Assembly: GCA_004431415.1 (NCBI GenBank)
Contig: QPMI01000499.1
Location: 212,700 to 276,699, forward strand
From: Cyanophora paradoxa CCMP329
Taxonomy: Eukaryota > Plantae > Glaucophyta
Reading direction: 5' to 3'
DNA length: 64,000 nucleotides
The position numbers and the translations under genes were made by a program. Positions 37,951-48,488 of the stretch are shown in pieces. The notes beneath the pieces were generated by a model that was given only the letters and a program-made list of their open reading frames with translations, was not told where the DNA came from and did not search any database. How positions within the stretch are numbered: position 1 is the first letter of the stretch; the number at the start of each line of letters is the position of its first letter.

Positions 37951-40900
37951 TATCCGATGATCTACGCAAGAGTACTACGGTACAGAGCGAGCATCTGCAG
38001 GCTTCCCCACGAGCCTCCGCCGCGCCACTCCTCCGCCCTGCCCCGCGAGCCGCGCAGCCGGCCGCCGCGCCTGCGCACCGCCGCCCGCCGCCCCTCTGCC
38101 CCGCCCGGCGAGTCGCGCCGCAGCGCGCCGCGCCTCCGGCCGCCCAGCGAGCCGCGCGCCGCCCGCCCCGCCTCCGCCCGGCCCGGCGAGCTGCCTCCGC
38201 CGCCTGCCGCGCCTCGGCCCCGCCCGGCGAGCCGCCGACGCCGCCCGCCGCGCCTCCGCCCCGCCCAGCGGAGCCTCGCGGCCGCCCGCTGCGCCTCTGC
38301 CCGCCCGGCGAGCTGCCTCCGCCGCCTGCCGCGCCTCCGCCCCGCCCGGCGAGCCGCCGACGCCGCTTGCTGCGCCTCCATCCCGCCCCGCGAGCCGCCG
38401 CCGCCGCCCGCCACGCCTCCGCCCCGCCCAGCGAGGCGCGCCGCCGCCCGCCGCGCCTCCGCCCCGGCCCGCGAGGCGCGCGGCCGCCCGCCGAGCGTCT
38501 GCCCCGCCCGGCGAGCCTCGCCGCCGCCCGCGAGGATCCATCCCGCTCCGCGAGCCGCGCCGCCGCCCGCCGCGCCCCCGGCCCACCTGGCGAGCCTCGC
38601 CGCCGCCCGCCGCGCCTCCGCCCCGCCCAGCGGAGCCTCGCGGCCGCCCGCCGCGCCTCCGCCCGGCCGGCAAGCTGCCTCCGCCGCCTGCCGCGCCTCC
38701 GCCCCGCCCGGCGAGCCGCCGACGCCACCCGCCGCGCCCCCGGCCCGCCTGGCGAGCCGTGCGGCCGCCCGCCGCGCCTCTGCCCCGCCCGGCGAGCCGC
38801 GCCGCCACGCGCCGCGCCTCCGGCCGCCCGCCCGCCTCCGCGAGCTGCAGCGCCGCAGGAAGCGCCTCCGCCCTATCCTGGAATTCACGCGGCCGCCTGC
38901 CGCGCCTCCGGATCCGCCCCGCCCCGCGAGCGGCGTCGCCACCCGCCGCACCCCAGCCCCTGGGCTTCACGCGGCGTCTTCCGGTATCCTGTGTTACCGG
39001 CGCGCCCCGTCAGCGACGCGTACGCGTCCTGCCAGCGACGCGCACGGGCCCAGCCGGCTCACCTAGGCAGTGTAGAAGAATGTCTCCCAAACTGCGACGA
39101 TCTGAGGCGGCTCACCCATCCTGGCGATCTGGGCCTCGTCAGCTACGCGCTCGCGCGTCGCTGGCCAAATGCTGTGCTTGGTAGGCGCACCCGAGGCGAC
39201 CGCCGATCGGGAGGTTGCGTCGGTCCGCGCGCTCACGCAGCGCCCGGCCAGTCCAGAGTCAGAGGCACTGCGTGAGCATCTTAGAGGGACGCGCTATGAA
39301 CCGAAACATGTGAGAGAGCTCCGCCGGCCGGTGTGCACCTCAACCCTCCAAATCGACCGCGGGGCTGTCTGGTAGAGATACTGCGGATGTAAGTGAGCTG
39401 AAAGCCACGCAAAGCTTAAGAGCCCGGCCAGCACGGCGAAGTCACCCAGCGCGGGGTTGCGGGCCTGCAGCTGGTCGACGTCGATCTAGCTGTGGATCGG
39501 CGCGGCGCAGGGACGACGCTACGGGGGAGCTGGACCCATGATTACAAGCTCACGTGCTTGTAGCTGCCTCGCGCTGCGTGCTGCGAGCACGCGCGAAGGT
39601 GCCGCAGCGGGAGGCGCTCCGGACCGAGGGCCAGGTCGAGCCGTTGGCAATCGCTTCAGGCGGCTTCGGAAAGCTATACTACGGCGCGGCTGCCGCGGCG
39701 GCCCTGCCGCTGTGGGCCTCATAAGGCTTTTCCCAACAGTCGTGTACCCCAAACTTGCTGCCTTGAAGCGCCTTCATGTGCCTTGCTGCCAGCAGCTGCA
39801 GCCTCGACTGAAGGCTGCCGCGCGGACGCGCTTCACTCTCACAGCGGCTCGGTTCGTTGGCTCCTCCGGGGTCTCGCAGCGCTGCCCGCGTCTCTGATTC
39901 CGCTTTTCAAACCAGGTCGAACGGACTTGCTGCCGCCGCAGCGAACTTCGTCGGCTTCCAGCGCGAACGATGCTCGAAGGTCCTCTCTTGCATCCTCTGG
40001 CGCCTCTCGCCGCCTGTCGCCCGCCTGATTTCAAACGCAGAGCGCTGCTTCAGGGTGGCTGGCGCCCGGTTGCGGCCGCGAACGCTCGCGAACGCATCGC
40101 TGTCGACCTCCTTGTTGCCTTTTTTGTCCATTCCTCCCGCGGCTGTCGCCAGTGGGCGTTCTGCCGCTGACAGGCACGCGCGGAACGTAGGCGGCGGCTG
40201 CGGAGGCGAAGCAAGGTGCTTTTCGTTTCCTCTCCCTTGATTCAATCCCTCATTTCGCTGGCGGGCCAGGGAGCGGGCGTGACTGGTCCCCGCGAGCAGA
40301 ACACCACCGCCCAGTTCGCCCGGCGCCTTCTTCCGCAGGCCAGGTGCTCGCTCTTGTCTCCACTGCTCGCCCTTTGATCTTGTTGTAACGCCGGCGGCGT
40401 GCGCAGCGCAGCGCGTGCCGCTTTCCGGACGTGTGGCCCGGTGGCTGCTGGGATCGGCCTCGGAGTTCATGCTTGCGGCCGCTCGGGCGCAGGTGCGGTC
40501 GTTTGCTGTCGCGCATATTTCTTCTCTTTCGATCCGAGCGCAGCGAGCTCTTCGCCCTCGCCCTCGCCCTCGCGGTCGCGGTCGCGGGCTGCCGGGCGCG
40601 GACACTTCTTTTCTTTCGATTGACTCTCCAAGCGCAGCGAGCGCGTCGCCCTTGCCATCAGCGGTCGCGGTCGTGGGCTGCCGGGCGCCCTAGGAGAGCC
40701 GCTTTCGTGCTCTCCTCTCCCTCTCCTCTCCTCGCCGAGGTGCGCATGCATAGCCGCCTGCTTGCCGGCGTTGCCTCTTTCCATTCGATTCGATCTCTCG
40801 CTCACCGCGATGCATGGCGCAGCGAGCGCGGCGAGGTGCAGAACGACCTGGTGCGGGCCGCATCGCTTCACCCGTTATCCTCCGGCTTATGACTCGCCCT

Positions 40901-41329
40901 TACTAGTTAATTACTAGTACTACATGTGAATCCCTAGTACCTCTCCCTTCAGCCTGCTCGTGCTAGGCCCCACGCTGCATGATTCAGTGTTGATGTGCTG
41001 CCTATAGCTAAATTTACAGTCCGCCGGTCTCTAGTTCTAGACTGCAGAGCAACCAGAGGCAGGTGGGCACAAGGCGCGCCCGGGGCCTGCTGGATTGCTG
41101 GAGCCGGGCAGGCGCCTGGCCTGGGCCCGAGAGAGTATATTATATATATATATCGATCAGGATTCAGGACCCCAGTATACGTACGCGTAGACAGCAGGCG
41201 CATGCAGCAGGCGAGGCCTAGGCCTAGGGCCAGGCCACAAATTATTAAGAATATATATAAAACTGGCTTATTATAATTAAGATATGGATCGGCAGATTAG
41301 GTTGAAAGTATAATAAAATAAAAACACAA

Positions 41330-41731
41330 CAGATCGACAGAATCGGTCGACCGATTCTGGCGCAGAATCAGTCGATCGACAGAGTTGGTCGATCGACTGA
41401 TTTTGTCGACCGATTCTGTCGCAGAATCAGTCGATAAAATTCGACTGATTCGGTCGACCGATTCTGGCGCAGAATCAGTCGATCGACTGATTCTGTCGAT
41501 CGACTGATTTTGTCGACCGATTCTGGCGCAGAATCAGTCGATAAAATTCGACTGATTCGGTCGACCGATTCTGGCGCAAAATCAGTCGATCGACTGATTC
41601 TGTCGATCGACTGATTTTGTCGACCGATTCTGGCGCAGAATCAGTCGATAAAATTCGACTGATTCGGTCGACCGATTCTGGCGCAAAATCAGTCGATCGA
41701 CTGATTCTGTCGATCGACTGATTCTGTCGAC
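41330..41731. repeat. Subterminal 107-bp satellite (right)
   Basis: GATAAAATT at 41433, 41540, 41647; same orientation as the left array. Confidence 0.9.
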
Positions 41732-41855
41732 CAAGTATTGCAATACTCCAAAAGTGCAGATATACAAATCCGGCGCGTACCACTTCGGCCGGGCTGTGCT
41801 GTCTCGAGCGCATTCTCGAACGGCTCGCCTCGCATCTTAGCACAAGCACTCGAAG

Positions 41856-43631
41856 ATGAAGAGAAAGGCGTGCGATTCATTGGAAGGCCGGCTCGCGATG
41901 CTGAATGACGTTAGCGTTCATGTCCATGCGCACGTAGTAGTTCCCCATGAGCACCCTCTCGTCAATGCCCCCGTTTTCGTGAGCATTGAGTTTCTAGTCG
42001 TGCGGCTCCACTTTGAGCCTCACGCGCGCGTATGCGGCACGTGCACGCAGCTAACGCCGGTGCCGCGGCCGGCGCTCCTCAACCTGCCCGATCCGCTGCT
42101 ACTCCGCGTGATTCGGCTTGCGTGCACGTGTGAAGACGATTACGGCTCGGACAGCGATGGACCTGTGGACCGGCTCGAAGCAAAGCTCCGCTCCGCTCTC
42201 GCGAGCTCCGAGTCGCGCGATCGGCCGCCGCCGGGGGAGCCGCGTGTCGGCCTCCGGGAGCTGTGTCGCCTGCGCCGAGTCTGCAGGCGGCTCGCGGAGC
42301 TGGTGGAGGCGGGCGCCGAGGCGTCGCGGGCGCGGCTGGAGTTCGTCGTACGCGTCGGCGCGGAGACGCGCGAGGCGGTGGAGGCGGAGCTGGACTCGGT
42401 GTGCGCGGCCGTGGCCCGCATGGGAGGCGCCGAGCTTGAGGATTTCGACCTGCGGCTCTCCGGCCAGGTCCGTGCACGCGGCCCGCCTCGCTGACTCTGA
42501 GAGGCTCGCGGATCCTGACGCCCGGCGCGCGCGCGCAGCCCGGCCGCACCCTCCCCGCGTTCTCGCTGGCGCCGCTCGCCCGCTTCCGCTCCCTCCGCGC
42601 CCTCCGCCTGGATGCAGGCATCCTGCGCTCCAGCGCCCTCCTGAAGGCCGAGCACGTCGCGCCGCTCGCCTCCCTCCGCCAGCTCACCCGCCCCGACCTC
42701 GCGGGCGGCGTCGTGGGCACCCCCGTCAGCCACGCCGCGCTCAGCGCCCTCTCGCCGCTCCCCCTCACCGTACTGCGAGCCACGATCGACTGCAGCGCCT
42801 TCGGGCGCCGCGTCGACGCGAACTCGGAGGTCGTGGACGCGGCGGCCGGCAGCGGCAGCGAGCTCGACAGGCTCTACATGTCCAACCTCGCGCGGATGCT
42901 CTCGGGCGTCGCCGCCGCCTTCCCCATGCTCCAGCGGCTGCTGCTCGAGTTCCTCTTCCCGCGGGGGTGGTGGGACTCGTTCGACGCATCCGACCCCCGC
43001 GCCCCCCTCGCCAACCTCCGCTGTGAGCCTTCCCCTCCCCTCCCCTCTCCCCCACCACCCCTCTCACCGCGTCCTCGCAGCGCTGAGCCTCGGCCTGGGC
43101 GAGATCGAGGTGACGCACCTGGGCGTGCTCGCCGGCCTCCCCCGGCTCGAGCACCTCGCCCTGGACATCGCCGAGGTCCGCCAGCCGCTCGCCCTCGCCT
43201 CCCTCGCCTCCCTCCGCTGTGCGCGCCCCGCCCCCTAGGCCTAGGCCTAGGCCTAGGCCTCCGCCCCCGCCCCCGCTCATGGTTCGGCGCGCGCGCGCGC
43301 AGCCCTCAACCTGTCCCCGAGGCTCCTCCTACGCGACCTGTCCGTCCTCGCGCCCCTCGCCTGCCTGGAGGCGCTCAGCCTCTACGTCCACTACAACCCG
43401 CTCGACGGGCCGCCCGCGGCCGACGCCGCGCTCGTCGGCCCGCCCCTCGCGATCGACCCGTTCAGGCTCCTCTGCCTGGCGCCGCGCCTGCGCTGCCTCG
43501 AGCTGGAGGCTTTCCACGCGGGCCCCGCCGCCGCCGCCCTCGCCGACACCCTCGCCCGCTTCTCCGCGCTCGAGGCGCGCCCGCCCGCCCCGCCGCACGA
43601 GCCGCCCACCGGCGCCCCGCCTGACGGGCGC
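41856..43631 (+). CDS. F-box-like / leucine-rich-repeat protein, apparently cut off at the viral junction
   Basis: F-box-like LLNLPDPLLLRVIRL..LCRLRRVCRRL; LRR-like FPMLQRLLLEF, LAGLPRLEHLALDI, LAPRLRCLELEAF; ends in an intron-like tract (CTGAC) at the GC/AT boundary. Confidence 0.65.
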
Positions 43632-43706
43632 CACACATATGAATATTCATATTTTAATCCCTCGGCGTTCCGCCTCAGGATTAAAATATGAATATTCATA
43701 TGTGTG
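43632..43706. repeat. Terminal hairpin: perfect 29-bp inverted repeat with 17-nt loop
   Basis: CACACATATGAATATTCATATTTTAATCC-ctcggcgttccgcctca-GGATTAAAATATGAATATTCATATGTGTG. Confidence 0.95.
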
Positions 43707-43960
43707 ATTCGATGTTATATCAATAAAAGCGATTAATTTATTTGAATTTTCATATGCATTTTCATATTTTTATATGCATTTTCAATTAATTTAATCGATA
43801 TTATATCGATAAACTCGATTAATCGATATTGTATCTTAATTGTAGTTAATCGGAATTATATCAATAACTTCGATTGATCTTAATTGAATCCTAAATGAAT
43901 TTAATCGGAATTATATCAATAAATTCGATTAAATCATGTTCTTTTCCGATTAAATCAATT
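43707..43960. repeat. AT-rich subterminal degenerate direct repeats
   Basis: AATCG(G/A)nATTATATC(A/G)ATAAnnTCGATT-like units at ~43707, 43793, 43847, 43903. Confidence 0.7.
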
Positions 43961-44695
43961 AAATATTTAACTTTGTTACCATAAGTGGTCTAAGTTGACT
44001 CACTTTTCATAAACATTTTAAAGTCTTAGTCTCCTTGAATTTCTTAAGATGACTCAACTTAGTCAACTTAGTCAACTTTGTTACCATAATCAATCAGGGT
44101 GGACTCACTTTTAGATCAACTTTGAAATTTCAAGCAAAATCAACTTTGATTTCAAAAGTGGATCTTCTAAGTGGACTCAAAATGTTCACTTTGTGATACA
44201 TTTTAGCGCAAATCCTTACTGTTTATGGTCAGGGTTGACTAAGTGGGGGGAGTTGACACATTTTTTGAAATCCTTTTTAGAAAACTTTAGGTCCCAAATA
44301 TTTCCTGTGAAATTTGAGTCAACTCAACCCACTTAGTCAACCCTTGCATTGAATTCGTAACAAAATCCATATACTATTACTACTTTTACGATTAATATGA
44401 GTCAACCTTGAGTCCACTTTAATATAAATATTATATAATAGGGGGAATCTAGGGGAGATGCTGAGTGTTATTGTAAGGAAATCGAATAGTATTCGAAATA
44501 CTTGACATTGCTTAATGTAGGGTGCATTCATATTTCGGCTTCATCATACAGTAGAATTCTATTGTAACAAAAGCTACTGTAGAAAGAAAATCATTGTAGA
44601 AAGCTATTGTAGGAAAGGATATATTATATCCTTTTTTAACGATTGCCATTGTAATAAAAAAGGTAAATCACCCTGATCACCATAATAGAAACCCA

Positions 44696-45094
44696 TCAAA
44701 ACGGGAATCTATCATGTTTATGTCTCTCAGTCTTCTCAAATGTGAGGAAATTCATTGTTTTATCGATCTCATCAGCAACTGCTTGTGTTTTATGCTGAGC
44801 TTCTTTACCACAACTGAATATATCAATTGCTAACATGCCTTCATTGGAATAACAATGAGCTGTGCAATGGCTTTCATCTAATAGCAGAACTAATGCAAAA
44901 CCAGGAGGTGATACTTTGCCATCAAATATTTCACAATGTTTATGAACAATCCTAATACCTTGTCTCAATATAGCTTGTTCAAGGGTTCCCATAATCCAAT
45001 TACCTAGGAAGCTAACATGCTCATGTCCTGTTGCAATAGCTGATTTAGCTTTGTAATCAAGCATAACATGAAAGCCTCTGTATTTAGTCTCCAT
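44696..45094 (-). CDS. speD: S-adenosylmethionine decarboxylase proenzyme (bacterial/pyruvoyl type)
   Basis: GFHVMLD, PPGFALVLLLDESHCTAHCY..EG.LAIDIFSCG with the ESH self-cleavage motif; likely start METKY at 45094. Confidence 0.9.
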   Translation of the reverse strand: METKYRGFHVMLDYKAKSAIATGHEHVSFLGNWIMGTLEQAILRQGIRIVHKHCEIFDGKVSPPGFALVLLLDESHCTAHCYSNEGMLAIDIFSCGKEAQHKTQAVADEIDKTMNFLTFEKTERHKHDRFPF

Positions 45095-45123
45095 TAAGAA
45101 TACCTTAGAAAAATTAATTAAAC

Positions 45124-45396
45124 CTAATCGAACCGAATGCAAACATCCCTATATTCCACTGTGATTGATGAAGTAGCCCTTTTCCTATGTGCTTGACTTT
45201 TTCTTTTATTACAGTCCCTACACCCTGATCCCTTCACATGATTAAAGGGATATGTAAGGATCACCTTATTACACTGCAAACATCTAACAGATACTTTCTC
45301 TTGAGCTTTGATGTAATGTGTCTCACTGTAATCGAATTTATCTTTACCATGGACTGTCATAGCAGCATCAATAAACTTTTTTGTTTTACTATCCAT
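45124..45396 (-). CDS. Zinc-ribbon protein (DUF723-like, seen in giant-virus/phage endonuclease-associated domains)
   Basis: FIDAAMTVHGKDKFDYS..Y....KVSVRC..C....PFNHVKGSGCRDC. Confidence 0.7.
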   Translation of the reverse strand: MDSKTKKFIDAAMTVHGKDKFDYSETHYIKAQEKVSVRCLQCNKVILTYPFNHVKGSGCRDCNKRKSQAHRKRATSSITVEYRDVCIRFD

Positions 45397-45418
45397 ACTC
45401 TATATATAATCAACATTC

Positions 45419-46252
45419 TTATGGAGCAGTATCCTGCCCGAAAATGGGGAAATATCGATTTGTCCCATAGTATTCAGCATAGGTATTCTGCTTTGCAATA
45501 AAATCGGTTCTCTCTGCAAACATCACACACTTGTAGATACCAAACTTGGTGGCTCTCACTAAGAACTGATAGTCTTCCAAACCGAAATTGACTCCATGAT
45601 AAGCAATTCCGAAATTATCATATGGGGTGATCACTACTGCAAAGTTGGGAGTTCCACCTTCTACTTGGCATACAGCATAAACATCTGGTGGGATATCAAC
45701 AACAACCTTGTAGTGGTCACCAATCTCAACAAGAGAGTCTACTACTGCTGTTTGTTCATTCACAACAATGGGGAATATCTTGATTATATAGGGGGCATTC
45801 ATGCTGGGGACATAGGTTCGAATTCTTGTGTTGGGATCAATGGGATTGGGTTGATCATTCACAAATAGAGGCGCTCCAACAGCCCCACCAACCCTAAGAC
45901 CATCACCAATATAAGCTCCCCCCGATTTGCAGTTAATAGCTCCCGACCTAGATTCAAAAGAATAAGTAGACAGAGGATCTCCATAGCTATCTGGGTCTCC
46001 ATAATGAGCAGAAAAGTTTGCATTTGTGACAAGTAGCTTAGTTGTCTTAACTATTCCATTATTTTTATCACATCTGAGTTCCTGTAATCTCAGCTTGTGG
46101 GTGGAACCAAATGTATTCATTGTAGGTTGGACCTCTGTTGATTGGAGACCTTCCACATCATCAAAGGTAGCATGCTGTAAAACATGGTTTGCTGGGGCAG
46201 CTAATGATAGCTGTGGTGTAATAATTCGTTCAAGTGGGGGTTGCTCAGCCAT
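45419..46252 (-). CDS. Fibre/spike family paralog 1
   Basis: Shared N-terminal domain (H..D..G...TE..F....R..ELR.D.N.G..KTT.L.V.N); C-terminal VVVDIP..FAVVITPY..F..AERTD resembles a phage/giant-virus fibre C-terminal domain. Confidence 0.6.
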   Translation of the reverse strand: MAEQPPLERIITPQLSLAAPANHVLQHATFDDVEGLQSTEVQPTMNTFGSTHKLRLQELRCDKNNGIVKTTKLLVTNANFSAHYGDPDSYGDPLSTYSFESRSGAINCKSGGAYIGDGLRVGGAVGAPLFVNDQPNPIDPNTRIRTYVPSMNAPYIIKIFPIVVNEQTAVVDSLVEIGDHYKVVVDIPPDVYAVCQVEGGTPNFAVVITPYDNFGIAYHGVNFGLEDYQFLVRATKFGIYKCVMFAERTDFIAKQNTYAEYYGTNRYFPIFGQDTAP

Positions 46253-46275
46253 TTTACATTAAAGTGATATATAAT

Positions 46276-47121
46276 TTATGGGGTTGGGTCATCAATTACA
46301 TCTGGCTCCATGTAATACCCTGTTTGAGAAAGAGTATCAGGAGTAACACCTCTAAGAGCTGAGACAGCAGCTATATCTGTTCTGATACCCATAACTGTAA
46401 TTGTATATTTTCCAATATCTGTAACAAACAGATCATAGGTGAAATTGTTATTATAAACACAGAACCCTGTGCCGAAATGATCATATCCTTGAACACTGAA
46501 ATTGTATCTGTGACCTGGCTGGTTATTGTTGGCTCTACATAAAGAAAGCATTGCAGAAGGAATGACCAGCCCTCTCATTACTCTTTTGGTTCCTTCAATC
46601 AATTCAGAGTTTTCAAGTGTGACAGTATAACCTTGGTAAAATTGAATAAGTGGCTGTTGTGCAACTGGTATATATAATCGAATTCGTTGGGGGTCTTCAA
46701 CATTCTGCTCAAGAGTATCTGGGACATCATTATACGAAATTGAGGATGAGAGTTGACCTGAAACTCTGCAGCCACCCCCAATAAATGCTCCTCCTGATCT
46801 CACAGTAACAGCTGCAGAATTCTTGTCAAAATCGAGGGCTTTCAGATCAACACTGTAAGCATCAGGACCTCCATTTGTAGGCTGGAAAAAGTTAGCATTT
46901 GTGACAAGAAGTCGAGTTGTTTTAACCACACCTGAATTCTTATCAGCTCTCAGCTCTTTAACTCGAATAATCGAATTTTTATCAAAGGAGTTACCATTGG
47001 AATTGGGTCTCTCTGTGGATTCTAAACCACGAACCTCATCATTAACTTCATGCTGGCGAAAGTGCATTGCAGGGGATCCAAGGGAATATATTGGAAGTTG
47101 AACTCGATTATATTCACCCAT
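46276..47121 (-). CDS. Fibre/spike family paralog 2
   Basis: Same N-terminal domain; C-terminus homologous to paralog 1 (RIRLYIP..FSVQGYDHFG..MGIRTD). Confidence 0.6.
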   Translation of the reverse strand: MGEYNRVQLPIYSLGSPAMHFRQHEVNDEVRGLESTERPNSNGNSFDKNSIIRVKELRADKNSGVVKTTRLLVTNANFFQPTNGGPDAYSVDLKALDFDKNSAAVTVRSGGAFIGGGCRVSGQLSSSISYNDVPDTLEQNVEDPQRIRLYIPVAQQPLIQFYQGYTVTLENSELIEGTKRVMRGLVIPSAMLSLCRANNNQPGHRYNFSVQGYDHFGTGFCVYNNNFTYDLFVTDIGKYTITVMGIRTDIAAVSALRGVTPDTLSQTGYYMEPDVIDDPTP

Positions 47122-47160
47122 TGCTTCTTTTACTAAGAAGGAAAGAAAAAATAATGTACA

Positions 47161-47424
47161 CTACTCTTCTGTGACATTATTATACTCGATACCTTTCTTT
47201 ACAGTTCCCCTTTGGAATGCCTGTAATACAATCGCTTCCTTTGAGGTTGGTATCTGAACTCCTGATGAGATGCAAGATTGGATCTCTTTCTGAACAATCT
47301 CATCAATTGCGATTCTTGCCCTGTTGTGGGCAGCATTATCAATCCAGTCCTGAACAGAAGCAGCGCAATATTCCATTCCCAACTTTTCGGTATCAGTCAG
47401 AACTACTTGGTATATATTCGACAT
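47161..47424 (-). CDS. Small phage-like protein, putative fibre-assembly chaperone
   Basis: LTDTEKLGMEYCAASVQDWIDNAAHNRARIAIDEIV resembles small proteins I recall beside C1q-tipped fibres in marine tailed phages. Confidence 0.6.
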   Translation of the reverse strand: MSNIYQVVLTDTEKLGMEYCAASVQDWIDNAAHNRARIAIDEIVQKEIQSCISSGVQIPTSKEAIVLQAFQRGTVKKGIEYNNVTEE

Positions 47425-47443
47425 TCTAAACTACTTGTAGAAA

Positions 47444-48466
47444 TTAAATTATGCTCAGCAATTCGCCACTAAACGTTGTGAATTCTGAAATGGAAGTATC
47501 AACAGCATAAATAGAGACATTATCCCCGGCTCCAAGTCTGAGTATTGCGCTCAAAATGATTGTTTTGTTGGTTACTGTTTGTGAGTTGTTTACCCTGAAA
47601 TTGAATTCTGTTGAAACATTCTGATCATTTACTTTCAGATCTACACTCACAGATGAGGTAACAATACTATAAGAATTAAGAGAGAATCTATAATCTCCAC
47701 TTATAGGCGCTGTGAATTTCCCTTCTACTACATCAAATGAGTTGGTATTATCAAAGAATTCATGCAACCAATTAGTAAGACGCCCATATACTCCACTTCT
47801 TGTTGCTACACCAAACCCAACACAAAATCGAGGTTGGGTTTCTTGCTTCAAATAAAAGTTTGCTGCGATTGTAAGACCCCCTGCATCAATTCGTGCGACT
47901 TCTGTGCTATTGCGTTTCAGAATGAGATCTACATTTGCTCCTGTATCTATTTCAGGTGTTTGAATCTTTGTGGTTGTGGTCATCACAGGGACTGTATAAG
48001 TAGGAACAAAAAGACCACCATTTGCATTCACAACACCTGTAAATGTTGTTGTTCCTGAAATTGAAACATTTGTAGCTGAGAGTGTTCCATTCACAAAAGC
48101 TCCCGAACCTATCCATGCTCCACCTGATTTAACTACAAGTGCTGCATTATTTTCTGTCCCATCAAAAGTAACAATTTGTGGTGTGGTCACCCCACCTGCA
48201 TCATCATAAATAGCTGCATCAGCAACTACACCACCTGGTAAAACCTGATTCTTGTTACTTACGATTAATTGTGTGGTTCGTATTTTTCCAGCATTTCTAT
48301 CACATCGAATTTCCTTGCATCTGATAATTGAATTTTGAGTAAATGAATCTGCTCCTGTGGTTTCTGTGCAAATAAACCCGGGAATAGCATCTGTAACTGT
48401 GTGGTTCAGTTGATGCAATTTAGGTGCTGCATAACAGAAAACAGGAACTGCAATTTGGGTAGCCAT
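47444..48466 (-). CDS. Fibre/spike family paralog 3 with C-terminal C1q-like domain
   Basis: Shared N-terminal domain; QPRF..FDNTNSFD..GKFTAPISGDYRFS..ILRLGAGDNVSI..FSGELL. Confidence 0.75.
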   Translation of the reverse strand: MATQIAVPVFCYAAPKLHQLNHTVTDAIPGFICTETTGADSFTQNSIIRCKEIRCDRNAGKIRTTQLIVSNKNQVLPGGVVADAAIYDDAGGVTTPQIVTFDGTENNAALVVKSGGAWIGSGAFVNGTLSATNVSISGTTTFTGVVNANGGLFVPTYTVPVMTTTTKIQTPEIDTGANVDLILKRNSTEVARIDAGGLTIAANFYLKQETQPRFCVGFGVATRSGVYGRLTNWLHEFFDNTNSFDVVEGKFTAPISGDYRFSLNSYSIVTSSVSVDLKVNDQNVSTEFNFRVNNSQTVTNKTIILSAILRLGAGDNVSIYAVDTSISEFTTFSGELLSII

Positions 48467-48488
48467 CTATAAATTCCCAACAAAAAGT

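Larger units (their letters stand above)
31916..40574. repeat. Large internal inverted repeat (~31916-34190 vs ~38200-40574)
   Basis: Mirror-image ORFs (e.g. 32249-32632 minus = 39857-40240 plus; 33110-33316 minus = 39169-39375 plus) with few differences. Confidence 0.9.
28783..41764. mobile_element. 13-kb non-autonomous foldback/TIR element with 6-bp TSD carrying captured gene fragments
   Basis: TIRs TATATCTGCACTTTTGGAGTATTGCAATAC (28783-28812) and its reverse complement (41735-41764); TSD CAAATC (28777-28782, 41765-41770); single CAAATC at the empty site 27565-27570. Confidence 0.9.

Noticed and set aside
33172-39275. Very long ORFs (up to 1168 aa) on both strands
   Set aside because: Stop-free by-product of a GC-only minisatellite; A/R/P/G low complexity in all frames.
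1-43631. Naming the host species (style recalls a GC-rich alga such as a glaucophyte)
   Set aside because: No marker gene in the window; cannot be supported from sequence alone.
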